Virus record (IMG/VR): IMGVR_UViG_3300009503_000019
Location: 1 to 64,000 of that record
Source of the DNA: a virus
Direction: 5' to 3' (one strand)
DNA: 64,000 nt
A program made the translations under genes and the position numbers. Each line of letters opens with the position of its first letter. Within the stretch, counting starts at the first letter, position 1. The notes under the pieces are model-generated. The model was not told the DNA's origin. It was given only the letters and a program-made list of their open reading frames with translations, and ran no database searches. Of the stretch, positions 1-9,476 are shown piece by piece.

Positions 1-2
1 AG

Positions 3-1337
3 GAAAAAACTAAAAAGAAACTATCTCCATTAATAGCAGACTATCCTGCACTCTACATTACAGTTATGGGAGACGAAATAATAAATAGATTTAATGCTTT
101 GACTACCGATTATGCATACACCGTTGCAAGAGAAGATTTATGGAACTCTTTAGTGGATGGAACATTAGGACAGGGATCATCTGAATATTCGACTATTATG
201 AATTTCATACAAGAATTTCTTGATGCACTGGATATGATCTGGGTTACTTGTTCTGGACTTCATTATTTCAATCCAACAACTGGTGAAAAAGGTAAAAGTA
301 TAATTAATTTATTAATGCTTCCTTATTTATTTGCAGCACGTGTTCCAAATTGTAATGTCATCGCACAAATGGAATATTGTCAAATATCCCAAAACATACT
401 TAATCAACCTACAAGAATGTTATATATGTTACCATTTGCTGGAATTCCAGCAACAACAGGTGAAGAAAGAAGTGTTAATGATGTCAAATATTTAATCGCA
501 CCTTCCGAATTGTCAGATGCAATAACAAAAACAATTAATGAAGAAAAAAAGACTAAAACATTTTATCAAATATATTATTCTCATTATACTAAAGAAGAAT
601 CTATCCGTGGAATAAATAATATAGTAAAAGAAATGCCAAAATGTTTTACAAATACAAAAGAAAACTTTTCAAGTAGTGAAAAACCTCCGCTTATTGAACA
701 AGCACAGAATTTTGCTCAAAAGATTTTACATTATGATTTTTTAGTATCAAAACTTTCTTCAGCAAATGTTTATATTTCAATGATTTTTAACCCATTTCTC
801 GTACCTGGATTTCCAGCGTTGATTTATGATAAAAATAACGAATTTACAGGAAGATTCTTGCCGTTAGAGGTTTCACACTCTATTTCAGCATCTGGAACAA
901 CAACAACGATAAATGGGGCATTCTACCAAAATATTGAAAAGATACAAATCCAAACAGAAGGTAAAATTGTTGACCCTATCGCAAACATTGTTAATGATGT
1001 ATCTCCGGCCTTAGTGGATCCCGTTACTTTTTATAAACAATTTGGAATCAAATTTGATTTAGTTCATAAAGGAGATTCACAAGAGTTTAATATGGATAAT
1101 TTAAATCAATTAGAATCAATTAAATTGTGGATGCTTTTTGCAAAAGATAGATATATTCCTACTATTACAGATTTTGAACAATTTATGCAATTAACTTTGA
1201 AAAATACAAAAATCGCGGGGAAATCTTATTATTATTTCACCGATGAAAATAATAAGGGATATTACCATCCGGATAGACGAAAGATTATCGAAGATATGCT
1301 TTCTGAAATACTTATGAAAAAGATTAAATTAGGATAA
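3..1337 (+). CDS. Probable tail/baseplate hub-like structural protein, 5'-partial
   Basis: Frame is open from nt 3, upstream of the listed ATG at 66. The FNPFLVPGFPALIYD...EVSHSISASGTTT segment resembles hub/late-control-D proteins. Lies next to tail genes. Confidence 0.45.
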   Translation, partial: EKTKKKLSPLIADYPALYITVMGDEIINRFNALTTDYAYTVAREDLWNSLVDGTLGQGSSEYSTIMNFIQEFLDALDMIWVTCSGLHYFNPTTGEKGKSIINLLMLPYLFAARVPNCNVIAQMEYCQISQNILNQPTRMLYMLPFAGIPATTGEERSVNDVKYLIAPSELSDAITKTINEEKKTKTFYQIYYSHYTKEESIRGINNIVKEMPKCFTNTKENFSSSEKPPLIEQAQNFAQKILHYDFLVSKLSSANVYISMIFNPFLVPGFPALIYDKNNEFTGRFLPLEVSHSISASGTTTTINGAFYQNIEKIQIQTEGKIVDPIANIVNDVSPALVDPVTFYKQFGIKFDLVHKGDSQEFNMDNLNQLESIKLWMLFAKDRYIPTITDFEQFMQLTLKNTKIAGKSYYYFTDENNKGYYHPDRRKIIEDMLSEILMKKIKLG

Positions 1338-1369
1338 AATATGATGAGAGTTCTGATTCAGAGAGCACT

Positions 1370-2071
1370 ATGATAACAAAAGAACGAAAACAAGAAGAAT
1401 TTCAACTCTGGCAAACATGGAAGAAAACAGGAGATAAAGAAGTTCTAAATAATCTTTTGAAAACATTCAATCCGCTAATCCAAAAAGAAGTAAATAAATG
1501 GACTGGTAATTTACCAAGAGAGTTTATTGAAGCAGAAGCGAAAAGATTAGCAGTTAATGCATTCAAAACATATTCACCCAAAAAAGGGGCATTAACTACA
1601 CATTTAGTTAACCAATTAAAACCTATTTCAAGATATGTTTATACTTATCAAAACATTGTTCGTATTCCATCAGAGGAAAGAATAAGAAAGATAACAATAT
1701 TCAAAAATGCTCTTGACGACTTAGAAACTTCATTAGGAAGACCACCTTCTACTGATGAATTAGCAGACTATTTGAAATGGAATAAGAAAGAAATTCATAA
1801 ATTAATGAAAGAATTGAGACCAGAATTAGTATCAACATTTGAATTTGCAAAGGAACCTGTATATTATGATGAACATACAAGAAGAATTCTTACTGCAATT
1901 TATTATGACTTAACTCCTAGAGACAGAGCAATATTTGAATATTTAACCGGATATAATGGAAGACAGATTATGTCTGTTGAAAAATTATCAAAAAAATTTA
2001 ATGTCCCCAGAAGTTATATTGAAGATTTGAAAAATCGTATAAAAAAGGAATTAAAAACTATGAGAATTTAA
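1370..2071 (+). CDS. Phage sigma-70-family factor (SigF/FliA-like)
   Basis: Region 2 (ALTTHLVNQLKPISRYV), region 3 (LETSLGRPPSTDELADYL) and a C-terminal region-4 HTH. Confidence 0.9.
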   Translation: MITKERKQEEFQLWQTWKKTGDKEVLNNLLKTFNPLIQKEVNKWTGNLPREFIEAEAKRLAVNAFKTYSPKKGALTTHLVNQLKPISRYVYTYQNIVRIPSEERIRKITIFKNALDDLETSLGRPPSTDELADYLKWNKKEIHKLMKELRPELVSTFEFAKEPVYYDEHTRRILTAIYYDLTPRDRAIFEYLTGYNGRQIMSVEKLSKKFNVPRSYIEDLKNRIKKELKTMRI

Positions 2072-2095
2072 AAAACTTTATTTTTTTAAAAGATT

Positions 2096-2104
2096 TGATA
2101 TAAT
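2096..2104 (+). promoter_or_regulatory. Extended -10 promoter of sRNA A
   Basis: TGaTATAAT; predicted TSS 2111. Confidence 0.6.
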
Positions 2105-2110
2105 GAAGTT

Positions 2111-2170
2111 AGCTTCCATATCCTTTCCTTCCCATAACCTCATCTTAGGGGGGAAACTCCCCCCTATTGA
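2111..2170 (+). ncRNA. Putative anti-SD small RNA A
   Basis: C/U-rich 35 nt with CAU+CCUUUCCUUCC and CAU+ACCUC modules, then hairpin TAGGGGGGA-aac-TCCCCCCTA (2146-2166). Confidence 0.55.
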
Positions 2171-2196
2171 CTTGTTATTTTTTTTGTTTTAATAAT
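2167..2196 (+). promoter_or_regulatory. Sigma70-type promoter, near-leaderless transcript of glycosyltransferase
   Basis: TTGACT then TAATAAT; ATG at 2204; no SD. Confidence 0.45.
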
Positions 2197-2203
2197 TGTT
2201 TTA

Positions 2204-3280
2204 ATGAATGAGAAGTTAAAAGTTCTTTTTGCAACTTCTGATGATCCAAATGTATCCGGATGTGGAGTTTATCGTGTATTGCAACCATCATTGTGGTTAT
2301 CACATTTATTCGGAGATCAGATAGAACTTATGTTTACCGATGTTCTTATGGAAGAAGACATGTATAAGCAGGACATATTTTATTTCACCCGTCAGGCAAA
2401 ACCCGATGTTGTTAATTATGTTGAAAAAATGAAAAAAGAGACAAATAAATTTGTTGTACTCGATTTTGATGATAATTTGAATGCAATTCCTCCTCACATA
2501 GCACATGCCCAAAAGTATTACAATGAGAACAAATCTTATTTGAGAAAAATGATGCAATTGTCCGATTTATTCGTCTTTACACATACATATCTTGCTGAAC
2601 AAACAATTAACACAAATGGGATAAGAAAACCGTTTATTTTATTACCAAATGCAGTGAATGTTGATTATCTAAAAAATCATCCGGATGAAGAAGATAATTG
2701 TGTGAGAATAGGCTGGTTCGGGTCATATACACACAAATATGATTTAGCAATAATTAGGGGGATGATGGAAGAAGTTTATAAGAAATTGAATGGTCAAAAG
2801 AAAATTAAATTGTTCACTATAGGTCCTCCAAAAGAATTCATTCCAGAGTATTTATTTATTTCAAATAATCCTCCATTTGAATGGAAGCATTTATACTGGC
2901 AACCGACGATAAAATACTTAGAAACTATTTTAGATTTGAAAATTCATATAGGACTTGCTCCATTAGAAGATACTTATTTCAATAGATGCAAATCCAATTT
3001 GAAGATGCTTGAATATGTGTGGTGTGGAGCGGTTCCGCTTGCATCCGATGTTTATCCCTATTCAGAGGCATTCACTGCTTATAAACAATACACACATTGT
3101 GAAAATAGATTCAAAGACTGGATTTCAAAATTGATAACATTAATAATGAATTCTGATTTGCGTAAACAAATCCATGATGAATTGAAAAAAGAATTGAATG
3201 AGAAATGGAGTTGTAAAGTTGTATATCAAAAATTTGGAGAAGAATTGCTATCTAAATATAGAGAATTGAATAATAAATAA
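2204..3280 (+). CDS. Glycosyltransferase, GT-B (GT4-like)
   Basis: GCGVYRVLQP, DFDDNL, LPNAVN, IGWFGSYTH, IGLAPLED..FNRCKSNLKMLEY. Confidence 0.85.
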   Translation: MNEKLKVLFATSDDPNVSGCGVYRVLQPSLWLSHLFGDQIELMFTDVLMEEDMYKQDIFYFTRQAKPDVVNYVEKMKKETNKFVVLDFDDNLNAIPPHIAHAQKYYNENKSYLRKMMQLSDLFVFTHTYLAEQTINTNGIRKPFILLPNAVNVDYLKNHPDEEDNCVRIGWFGSYTHKYDLAIIRGMMEEVYKKLNGQKKIKLFTIGPPKEFIPEYLFISNNPPFEWKHLYWQPTIKYLETILDLKIHIGLAPLEDTYFNRCKSNLKMLEYVWCGAVPLASDVYPYSEAFTAYKQYTHCENRFKDWISKLITLIMNSDLRKQIHDELKKELNEKWSCKVVYQKFGEELLSKYRELNNK

Positions 3281-3294
3281 TTCTTTCTTATAAT
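3266..3294 (+). promoter_or_regulatory. Sigma70-type promoter, near-leaderless
   Basis: TTGAAT-17-TATAAT; in-frame ATG at 3304, no SD. Confidence 0.6.
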
Positions 3295-3303
3295 AAAATG
3301 ACA

Positions 3304-4506
3304 ATGTTAAAAAACATTATAAATTTTTATTTAGACGACATTAATATATTTCCGATAAATCTATATGAAGAAGTTATTACATGTTTGCCTGAAACTGTAA
3401 TTTGTTCATTGGACGATAATGAAAGTTTGATTATTCCTAAATATTTTCCAGATACAAAAAAAATAAAATTGTATTTAAAAAGTTCAATCAAAAATAATAA
3501 TGTTGTTGATATTTTTGAGACTTATAATAATACTGGCGATCTGAAAAACGTTTGGAAAACAAACTCTAATTTTGTCTCTTTAGAATTGGTTTCTTTAGAG
3601 ACAAAGATGATGAAAATACAATTGACAAAGAGCACTTCAAAAGATTCTATGATTTACAGAAGCTATTTCCCGACTATCGATTGGACTAACTTTGATGGCG
3701 TTAAATTTAAATGGTTTCAATCTGATTTCGGCAGTAATTTCAATTTTTATATATACGATGGTAAAGTAAAATTGGTAAAAAATATAGAACCTAAAAATGA
3801 ACAAAATTTTGAGGATATATTTTTATTTTTCTCAGAATTCAGTCAAATTGGAACAGGAAATTTTAACTTTGCTACTATAAAAGAAATTGGATTTACAGTT
3901 TTGAGAAGTATAGAAAATACATATGTATATGTAGACGATATTTATTTATTTCCAAAAAGTGATTTCATAACGACTTATGTGGGAAATTATGATATTGATA
4001 ATAATTCTTTTACAAAAATTAAAAGTAATACCAACAAAATAAATCTCGCCTGGAATATTATCGAAATAGATACATCTGATATAAACAATTGGGATTGGAA
4101 TTATATAAAAATTTTTAAAAATCCTTCAAATTTATTCAGATGTGATTTTTATGGCAGTTCGGAAGAATCTAATAGTATCTTCAAAATTGATTCTAATAAC
4201 ACTTTATCTCAAATAAGCGGTAAAATATATTCAGGCTGTTTAATTTATAAAAATATAGTCAGGATAAGTCGAATTGTGCTGTATCCTGACACAGAGTTCA
4301 ATGGGGATATAATCAAAATATACAAATATGATTTTACAATCAGCACTTTTCAAATATTATTTTACAATCCGGCGTTTGGAAGAGAAATTGTAATTGATAT
4401 TAACGATGTTTGTATGAACGGAAGAATTTTTTTAGAAATCTTGCGAAAAAGTAATATTAAACAAATAACTGCAATAATTGAATTTGAAGAAGGGGTAATA
4501 TACTGA
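3304..4506 (+). CDS. Probable virion protein with carbohydrate-binding-like beta-sandwich
   Basis: DWTNFDGVKFKW...FNFATIKEIGF...VYVDDI pattern is typical of galactose-binding/CBM folds. Start moved from 3298 to 3304 on promoter spacing. Confidence 0.5.
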   Translation: MLKNIINFYLDDINIFPINLYEEVITCLPETVICSLDDNESLIIPKYFPDTKKIKLYLKSSIKNNNVVDIFETYNNTGDLKNVWKTNSNFVSLELVSLETKMMKIQLTKSTSKDSMIYRSYFPTIDWTNFDGVKFKWFQSDFGSNFNFYIYDGKVKLVKNIEPKNEQNFEDIFLFFSEFSQIGTGNFNFATIKEIGFTVLRSIENTYVYVDDIYLFPKSDFITTYVGNYDIDNNSFTKIKSNTNKINLAWNIIEIDTSDINNWDWNYIKIFKNPSNLFRCDFYGSSEESNSIFKIDSNNTLSQISGKIYSGCLIYKNIVRISRIVLYPDTEFNGDIIKIYKYDFTISTFQILFYNPAFGREIVIDINDVCMNGRIFLEILRKSNIKQITAIIEFEEGVIY

Positions 4507-5171
4507 TGAAATTGATGTGGGCAGAATTCAAAGACATTGTTTCAAAGTATGATAAACAATTAAAAGGAATTCGTTATGTTGATTTGGGAAATGTGTATTC
4601 TATATGGATTGAGCTCGGAGGAAAGGTTTTTGAATGTGATGTTTATAAAGATACGCAGGACGCTGTTGAATTTGAGACATATTATAAGGCGTATGTAAAA
4701 TCTGAATATATTGAGGGTGGGAAATATGTATCTTCATCATTGCCCGTTGTATTTGGAAATACGATTTGGCGGGGAGATGAAAATGGGATAGAGTTAAAAT
4801 TTTTGATAACCGCAGGTGTTGAAAACTTTTTTGATATTCAAATCACTAAAACAAAATGCCTGCGAGGAGGTAGATATATTATTATGAATCCCGAAGATGT
4901 TCATGAGGATGACTATATTGAGTTTTCAATCATAGATAAGGACAATGTTTTAGGATTATTTCAGATATATGGAGTTCCCGAAGGAGGTTTCCTTGAATTA
5001 ACTAAATTTGTCAAGAAATGGTGGGTATATAAAACACCAACATGGGAGTTCAAGAGTGAGAGTTACAATAAAATTCTTCAAGGATTGTATTTTAGAATTG
5101 GATATAATTCTCACGGCACGGTTGATATAAAACTTAAAGGGACGCTACAATGGATAGAGAATACTTGTTAG
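4506..5171 (+). CDS. Hypothetical (probable virion) protein
   Basis: 221-aa ORF coupled to the upstream gene. Confidence 0.65.
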   Translation: MKLMWAEFKDIVSKYDKQLKGIRYVDLGNVYSIWIELGGKVFECDVYKDTQDAVEFETYYKAYVKSEYIEGGKYVSSSLPVVFGNTIWRGDENGIELKFLITAGVENFFDIQITKTKCLRGGRYIIMNPEDVHEDDYIEFSIIDKDNVLGLFQIYGVPEGGFLELTKFVKKWWVYKTPTWEFKSESYNKILQGLYFRIGYNSHGTVDIKLKGTLQWIENTC

Positions 5172-5183
5172 GAGGTTTAAAAT

Positions 5184-5342
5184 ATGGCAGTAATAGTTGC
5201 TGTGATAAAACCGAATGAAATACAAGGTGAGAAAACAGAAGACGGATATGTGAAAGGAATTGAGCAGATAAATGAAATTAAGAAAATTAAAGTTGAGGAT
5301 AAAGATGTTAATACACTGATTGAAGAGGTAATGAGAAAATGA
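5184..5342 (+). CDS. Small hypothetical protein (52 aa), missing from ORF track
   Basis: GGAGG at 5171-5175; MAVIVAVIKPNE...VMRK*; ATGA overlap with the next gene. Confidence 0.7.
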   Translation: MAVIVAVIKPNEIQGEKTEDGYVKGIEQINEIKKIKVEDKDVNTLIEEVMRK

Positions 5343-5896
5343 ATTTGGTTGAAGGAGCAATAGGATTTTCCAGTTCACCATCATGGATTAGTAAAATTAT
5401 AAAATGGTTTACAAAGTCCAAATGGTCACATTGTTTTGTCATCTGGAAAATTTTTGGACAATCTGATGACGAAATTTTATTGGTAGAAGCAGGTGAATTC
5501 CAGGTTCAAATAGTTCCATTTAGCAAATATGTGCGTGGAAATTATGAATTTGAAATTTTAGATATAATTCCATTAATCAATTCTGAAAAGAAAAAAGAAG
5601 CAGATAAAAAATTGATATCGAAAATAGAAACTCTTTACGGATGGTTACAATTGATTGGTTTCGGAATTGTAATATTATTAAGAAAATGGTTTGGATGGAA
5701 AAGTAAAACGAATATTTGGGGCAAAGGAAAAATATGTTCTGAGATTGTCGCTGAGTATTTAATTGATTGTGGAATTGATTATAAAAGCTTATGCGGAGAT
5801 AAAGACATAAATTTAATTTCACCTGAAGATATATATCAATTTTTGAAAAAAAGGAATTGTTCTGTTATAATGAAGTCATTAAATTTAGGAGGATAA
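5339..5896 (+). CDS. Permuted papain-like amidase (YiiX/YebB-like NlpC/P60)
   Basis: N-terminal SKWSHC (His) precedes C-terminal ICSEIV (Cys). Confidence 0.75.
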   Translation: MNLVEGAIGFSSSPSWISKIIKWFTKSKWSHCFVIWKIFGQSDDEILLVEAGEFQVQIVPFSKYVRGNYEFEILDIIPLINSEKKKEADKKLISKIETLYGWLQLIGFGIVILLRKWFGWKSKTNIWGKGKICSEIVAEYLIDCGIDYKSLCGDKDINLISPEDIYQFLKKRNCSVIMKSLNLGG

Positions 5897-5897
5897 A

Positions 5898-6188
5898 ATG
5901 GTTGATAAAATTGCTGAAGTATTGCTTAAAGAATTTGATTTGATAGTTGGTGGAATCATTATTGCATTGATTGAATGGCCAATATTCAAAACATTAAAAA
6001 AAATAATTATGGAGCAGTGGTGGGACATTCTGGGGTTATTGATAGCAATAATACTTGGAATTGCATACGGATTCATAAGACAATCTGCATTCTCTGCATT
6101 AGAAGCAATTGCAGGTGCACAGTTGATATTTATTTTAATTAAAAAGGGTTTAATTTCTATATTTAATTTTAATAAGAAAAATGGATAG
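5898..6188 (+). CDS. Holin-like membrane protein
   Basis: 96 aa, about 3 hydrophobic helices, basic C-tail; near amidase and SLT. Confidence 0.5.
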   Translation: MVDKIAEVLLKEFDLIVGGIIIALIEWPIFKTLKKIIMEQWWDILGLLIAIILGIAYGFIRQSAFSALEAIAGAQLIFILIKKGLISIFNFNKKNG

Positions 6189-6432
6189 ATTCACATTCTT
6201 AAGATATTTACTACAACAAGCAGGTGCATTAACACCCGACAAATGCTTATTAGATGCAGATGTTTCAAAGCTATTAAAAATTCTAGAAATGTCTGGTAAT
6301 GTTAGTGGACTTTCAAATGATGCTCTGCTTTCATTGATTAAACTTGTGGAGAATGAAATCACGACAAAAAATGCGGATTTGAAAGTTTTGTATAAGATGT
6401 TGACTGATGAAAAAACGAGGAGAGGGTTATGA
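6181..6432 (+). CDS. Hypothetical protein
   Basis: 83-aa ORF overlapping both neighbours. Confidence 0.6.
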   Translation: MDRFTFLRYLLQQAGALTPDKCLLDADVSKLLKILEMSGNVSGLSNDALLSLIKLVENEITTKNADLKVLYKMLTDEKTRRGL

Positions 6433-7976
6433 TAAACCAAACAATAAAACCTTTTGAATATGGCGAAAAATGGTATGTGGATTCAGATAATGGAAACGAT
6501 TTCAATGATGGGAGAAGTTGGAATAGCTCTAAAAAAACACTTCAAAATGCAATAAATAGTGCTAATAGTGGTGATATAATTTTAGCACGAGGATTTTTTA
6601 ATGAAGATATTACCATTTCAAATAAAAACTTAATGATTGTATGTATTGGTGAGACATATATTGCTGGGACAAATGATTTGACTAAAAGCATCATAACAAT
6701 AGATTCTGGAACTGTTATAGTTGTAGGAGGAACATTAGGAATTGTTTGGAATGCTGACCAATCATGTATTCTGCTTGATAACCCTATTGGTAGTCAATCT
6801 GAACAAATTGTTGAAATTTTTGGCGCTGTAGATGATTTAAATGTAGGATGGTGGATAGGAGATTCTTTTAATACTGAAGAATTGACATCCAATAGATTAC
6901 TTGAAAAATATGTAGCAAATGTGGTTCAAAAGCCCTCTCCTGGGGATACAACTTTAGTGGTTCAAGGGAATATAGCCGTTGAGCCATGGCTTTCCGTGAA
7001 AAAATTTATGCAAAGAGGTCATGCGTTGATACCTGCATATATAACAAGGATTTATCAGAACATAACTTATGATAGTGGAAATGATGTATCAATTATTTCT
7101 GGGATTGACCCGCCGTTCACACAGGATACCTTGCCAGGAGACCCACCAAAAAATCAAATTTATCTGTGTGCTATAAAAATCAACCCTTCACAATTTACGG
7201 CACCACATTTTGCTGGAGAACAGATAACAAATAATCCACAGAATTTAAAAAATTTAATTTCTATTCAAGGATTGGCTCTATTTCCTGTGATTTTCGTGGG
7301 TTCAAAAATTATGGCTTTCATAAGCCCACAAGTTCAATTCCCTGTTCCAGTTGCTAATGTTATTTTTGATGGCTGTTGGTTCATGGGATTTAATAGTGTC
7401 GGAAGATACTTTTTTAATTTTATAATGTGGATGCCGTTTAGCCCTTTTGCAATTCGTGATTCTGTTTTTTTACTTACAGAGAGTTCAGGGATAGCACGAA
7501 TATATGGTGTTACAGCAGAAGTATTGCATGCTCTGGGAGCCCCTATGGATAAAGATTTTAGAGATTTGCTTAAAGCAGGCGGATTTTATCACAATATCAT
7601 AAGTGTAGTATCATTTGGTAATTTTGATACGCCCTCCGTAAGAAACTGGATAACTTCAAAAATACAATTGGGTTTAGTGATTGGGAGAGAAGCAACATCA
7701 ATTGATCCCAATACAGGAATAACAATTGAGCCATTGAATTTGGAACTTCCCTTTGCTGAAAACTTATGGGTAAAATATGCAATGTCTGGATTCTTTCCGA
7801 AGTATTATGATATCGTTAAAGACATAAATCAATGTCCTTCTGGGAATGTTGCAAGTGATTATAAAGATAAATCACCATTAAGCAATGTTGCTCCAACTGA
7901 AGAATCGCTTGTGTTTAATGCAGTTGCGTCAATAAAAGATATCATAAGAGCTAAAAAAATAGAAATTATAAAATGA
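6429..7976 (+). CDS. Tail fibre/spike-like protein with pectin-lyase-type beta-helix start
   Basis: WYVDSDNGNDFNDGRSW...KTLQNAIN...GDIILARG motif. Confidence 0.6.
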   Translation: MINQTIKPFEYGEKWYVDSDNGNDFNDGRSWNSSKKTLQNAINSANSGDIILARGFFNEDITISNKNLMIVCIGETYIAGTNDLTKSIITIDSGTVIVVGGTLGIVWNADQSCILLDNPIGSQSEQIVEIFGAVDDLNVGWWIGDSFNTEELTSNRLLEKYVANVVQKPSPGDTTLVVQGNIAVEPWLSVKKFMQRGHALIPAYITRIYQNITYDSGNDVSIISGIDPPFTQDTLPGDPPKNQIYLCAIKINPSQFTAPHFAGEQITNNPQNLKNLISIQGLALFPVIFVGSKIMAFISPQVQFPVPVANVIFDGCWFMGFNSVGRYFFNFIMWMPFSPFAIRDSVFLLTESSGIARIYGVTAEVLHALGAPMDKDFRDLLKAGGFYHNIISVVSFGNFDTPSVRNWITSKIQLGLVIGREATSIDPNTGITIEPLNLELPFAENLWVKYAMSGFFPKYYDIVKDINQCPSGNVASDYKDKSPLSNVAPTEESLVFNAVASIKDIIRAKKIEIIK

Positions 7977-8818
7977 GATATAGAATAGGAGAACAGATTA
8001 TTATTTTCACTACATTATATAATGAACAGGGAAATGTTGTAACTGGTGCAACTATAACTGCGGAGATGGAAAAACCTAATGGTGTATCTGCGGGACCATT
8101 TTTGTCAACAGAAAGTTCATCATTTCCTGGAATTTATAAAATTGAAATTCCGTCTCAAGAATTAGATCAATTAGGCAATTACATAGTTAGAACTCTGTCA
8201 ACGGGTTATTCACCAGAATTTACAACATTTTTCCTGGGACAAAGTGGTGGTGGAGGAGGTGGTGGTATAGGTGCATATAAATTATCAATTGATTGTAAAG
8301 ATCAATATAATCATATTATTTCTGATGCCTTAGTCTCAATAAGAATTGGAAATACAATAATATCTTCGTTGTTAACTGATGTATCAGGACATGCTGAATT
8401 TAATTTAGAAGCCGGAACTTATAATGTTTTAGTTTACAAAGCAGGATATTCATTTGAAAAATATACATTTACAATAAATAATGATGTAACCGCAACAATT
8501 ACCGGCAGCATTCTTTCATTACCTCCCGCAGAAAATCCCGAGTTATGCCGAGTATATATAAGAACAGTAGATTTGGGTTTAGGAGCAGTATCCGGGGTTG
8601 AAATCAATATTAATTATGACGTCCCTGAAGAAATCGGTACTAATTTAGGAATAGATAAATGGACAAAAGTTATTACAGACAATAATGGAGTTGCATATTT
8701 CGACGCGCCTAAAGGAAGCAATGTGTTGGTGCGTGTACATAAAGCTAGTGTTAATGTTAAAGTGAAAATACCTGATAAAGATTCAGTTTATTTGACTGAT
8801 TTATTTGAATTTACATGA
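7973..8818 (+). CDS. Virion protein with Ig/prealbumin-like domains
   Basis: Beta-rich domains separated by a poly-Gly linker; GTYNVLVYKAGY motif. Confidence 0.55.
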   Translation: MRYRIGEQIIIFTTLYNEQGNVVTGATITAEMEKPNGVSAGPFLSTESSSFPGIYKIEIPSQELDQLGNYIVRTLSTGYSPEFTTFFLGQSGGGGGGGIGAYKLSIDCKDQYNHIISDALVSIRIGNTIISSLLTDVSGHAEFNLEAGTYNVLVYKAGYSFEKYTFTINNDVTATITGSILSLPPAENPELCRVYIRTVDLGLGAVSGVEININYDVPEEIGTNLGIDKWTKVITDNNGVAYFDAPKGSNVLVRVHKASVNVKVKIPDKDSVYLTDLFEFT

Positions 8819-8820
8819 TT

Positions 8821-8832
8821 TTTTGTTATAAA
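8821..8832 (+). promoter_or_regulatory. Phage promoter motif TTTTGTTATAAA (drives sRNA B)
   Basis: Exact 12-mer found 8 times upstream of transcription units. Confidence 0.7.
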
Positions 8833-8838
8833 ATAAAT

Positions 8839-8900
8839 AACCTTCATACTTACCTCCTTACCATATCCCTTCCTCATGGGGAGAGCATTTGCTCTCCCTT
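8839..8900 (+). ncRNA. Putative anti-SD small RNA B
   Basis: Contains CAU-ACUU-ACCUCCUUA (16S 3'-end-like) and CAU-AU-CCCUUCCU, then hairpin GGGAGAGC-attt-GCTCTCCC (8879-8898). Confidence 0.6.
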
Positions 8901-8927
8901 AATAAAAAATAATTAAAGGAGGATATA

Positions 8928-9476
8928 ATGGTAAAAAAAATATTCCCAGTAATACTATTTTATTTATGCATAATTTTCCTTATGAAAATATTCTTTGATT
9001 ATAGATTAGTAGAAAAAAAAGAAAATAATTATAATAAAATTTGTTCAATTGAAGAAGAAAGATTTGATCCGATACAATATGATTCAAGATTTAATTTTAT
9101 TGATGATATAAATTATAGAAATGCTATTTTTCATTATGGTAAGAATCTATCTTATTATATAAATGATCCATATGGATTTTTAATTGCATTGTCATGTGTA
9201 GAAAGTTCATTCGGGAAAAATCAATATGGCAAAGATGGAGAAAAAGGACTTTTTCAAATACATCCTTACTGGAAGAGAGTTTATAATTTAGAAGAAATGT
9301 ATCTAGAAAACCCTGAAATTAATGTATATATTGCCGTTGATATTTTAACAAAATTATTCAAAACATATGGAGATCCTTTTATTGTATTAAATGTGTATAA
9401 CACTGGAAATAATAAGAAAAAAAATAAAAAATATATAAATAGATTTCTTGAATGTTATACAAAAATAAATTTTTAA
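8928..9476 (+). CDS. Lytic transglycosylase (SLT) with N-terminal signal-anchor
   Basis: VESS catalytic Glu, GLFQI, YNTG motifs; hydrophobic N-terminus. Confidence 0.85.
   Translation: MVKKIFPVILFYLCIIFLMKIFFDYRLVEKKENNYNKICSIEEERFDPIQYDSRFNFIDDINYRNAIFHYGKNLSYYINDPYGFLIALSCVESSFGKNQYGKDGEKGLFQIHPYWKRVYNLEEMYLENPEINVYIAVDILTKLFKTYGDPFIVLNVYNTGNNKKKNKKYINRFLECYTKINF

Noticed and set aside
8790-8877. Minus-strand peptides antisense to sRNAs A, B and C (28, 29 and 9 codons)
   Set aside because: Peptides are unrelated to each other, run through the plus-strand promoters (A and B also into upstream genes), and have no evident own promoter. Kept as the alternative hypothesis to test.
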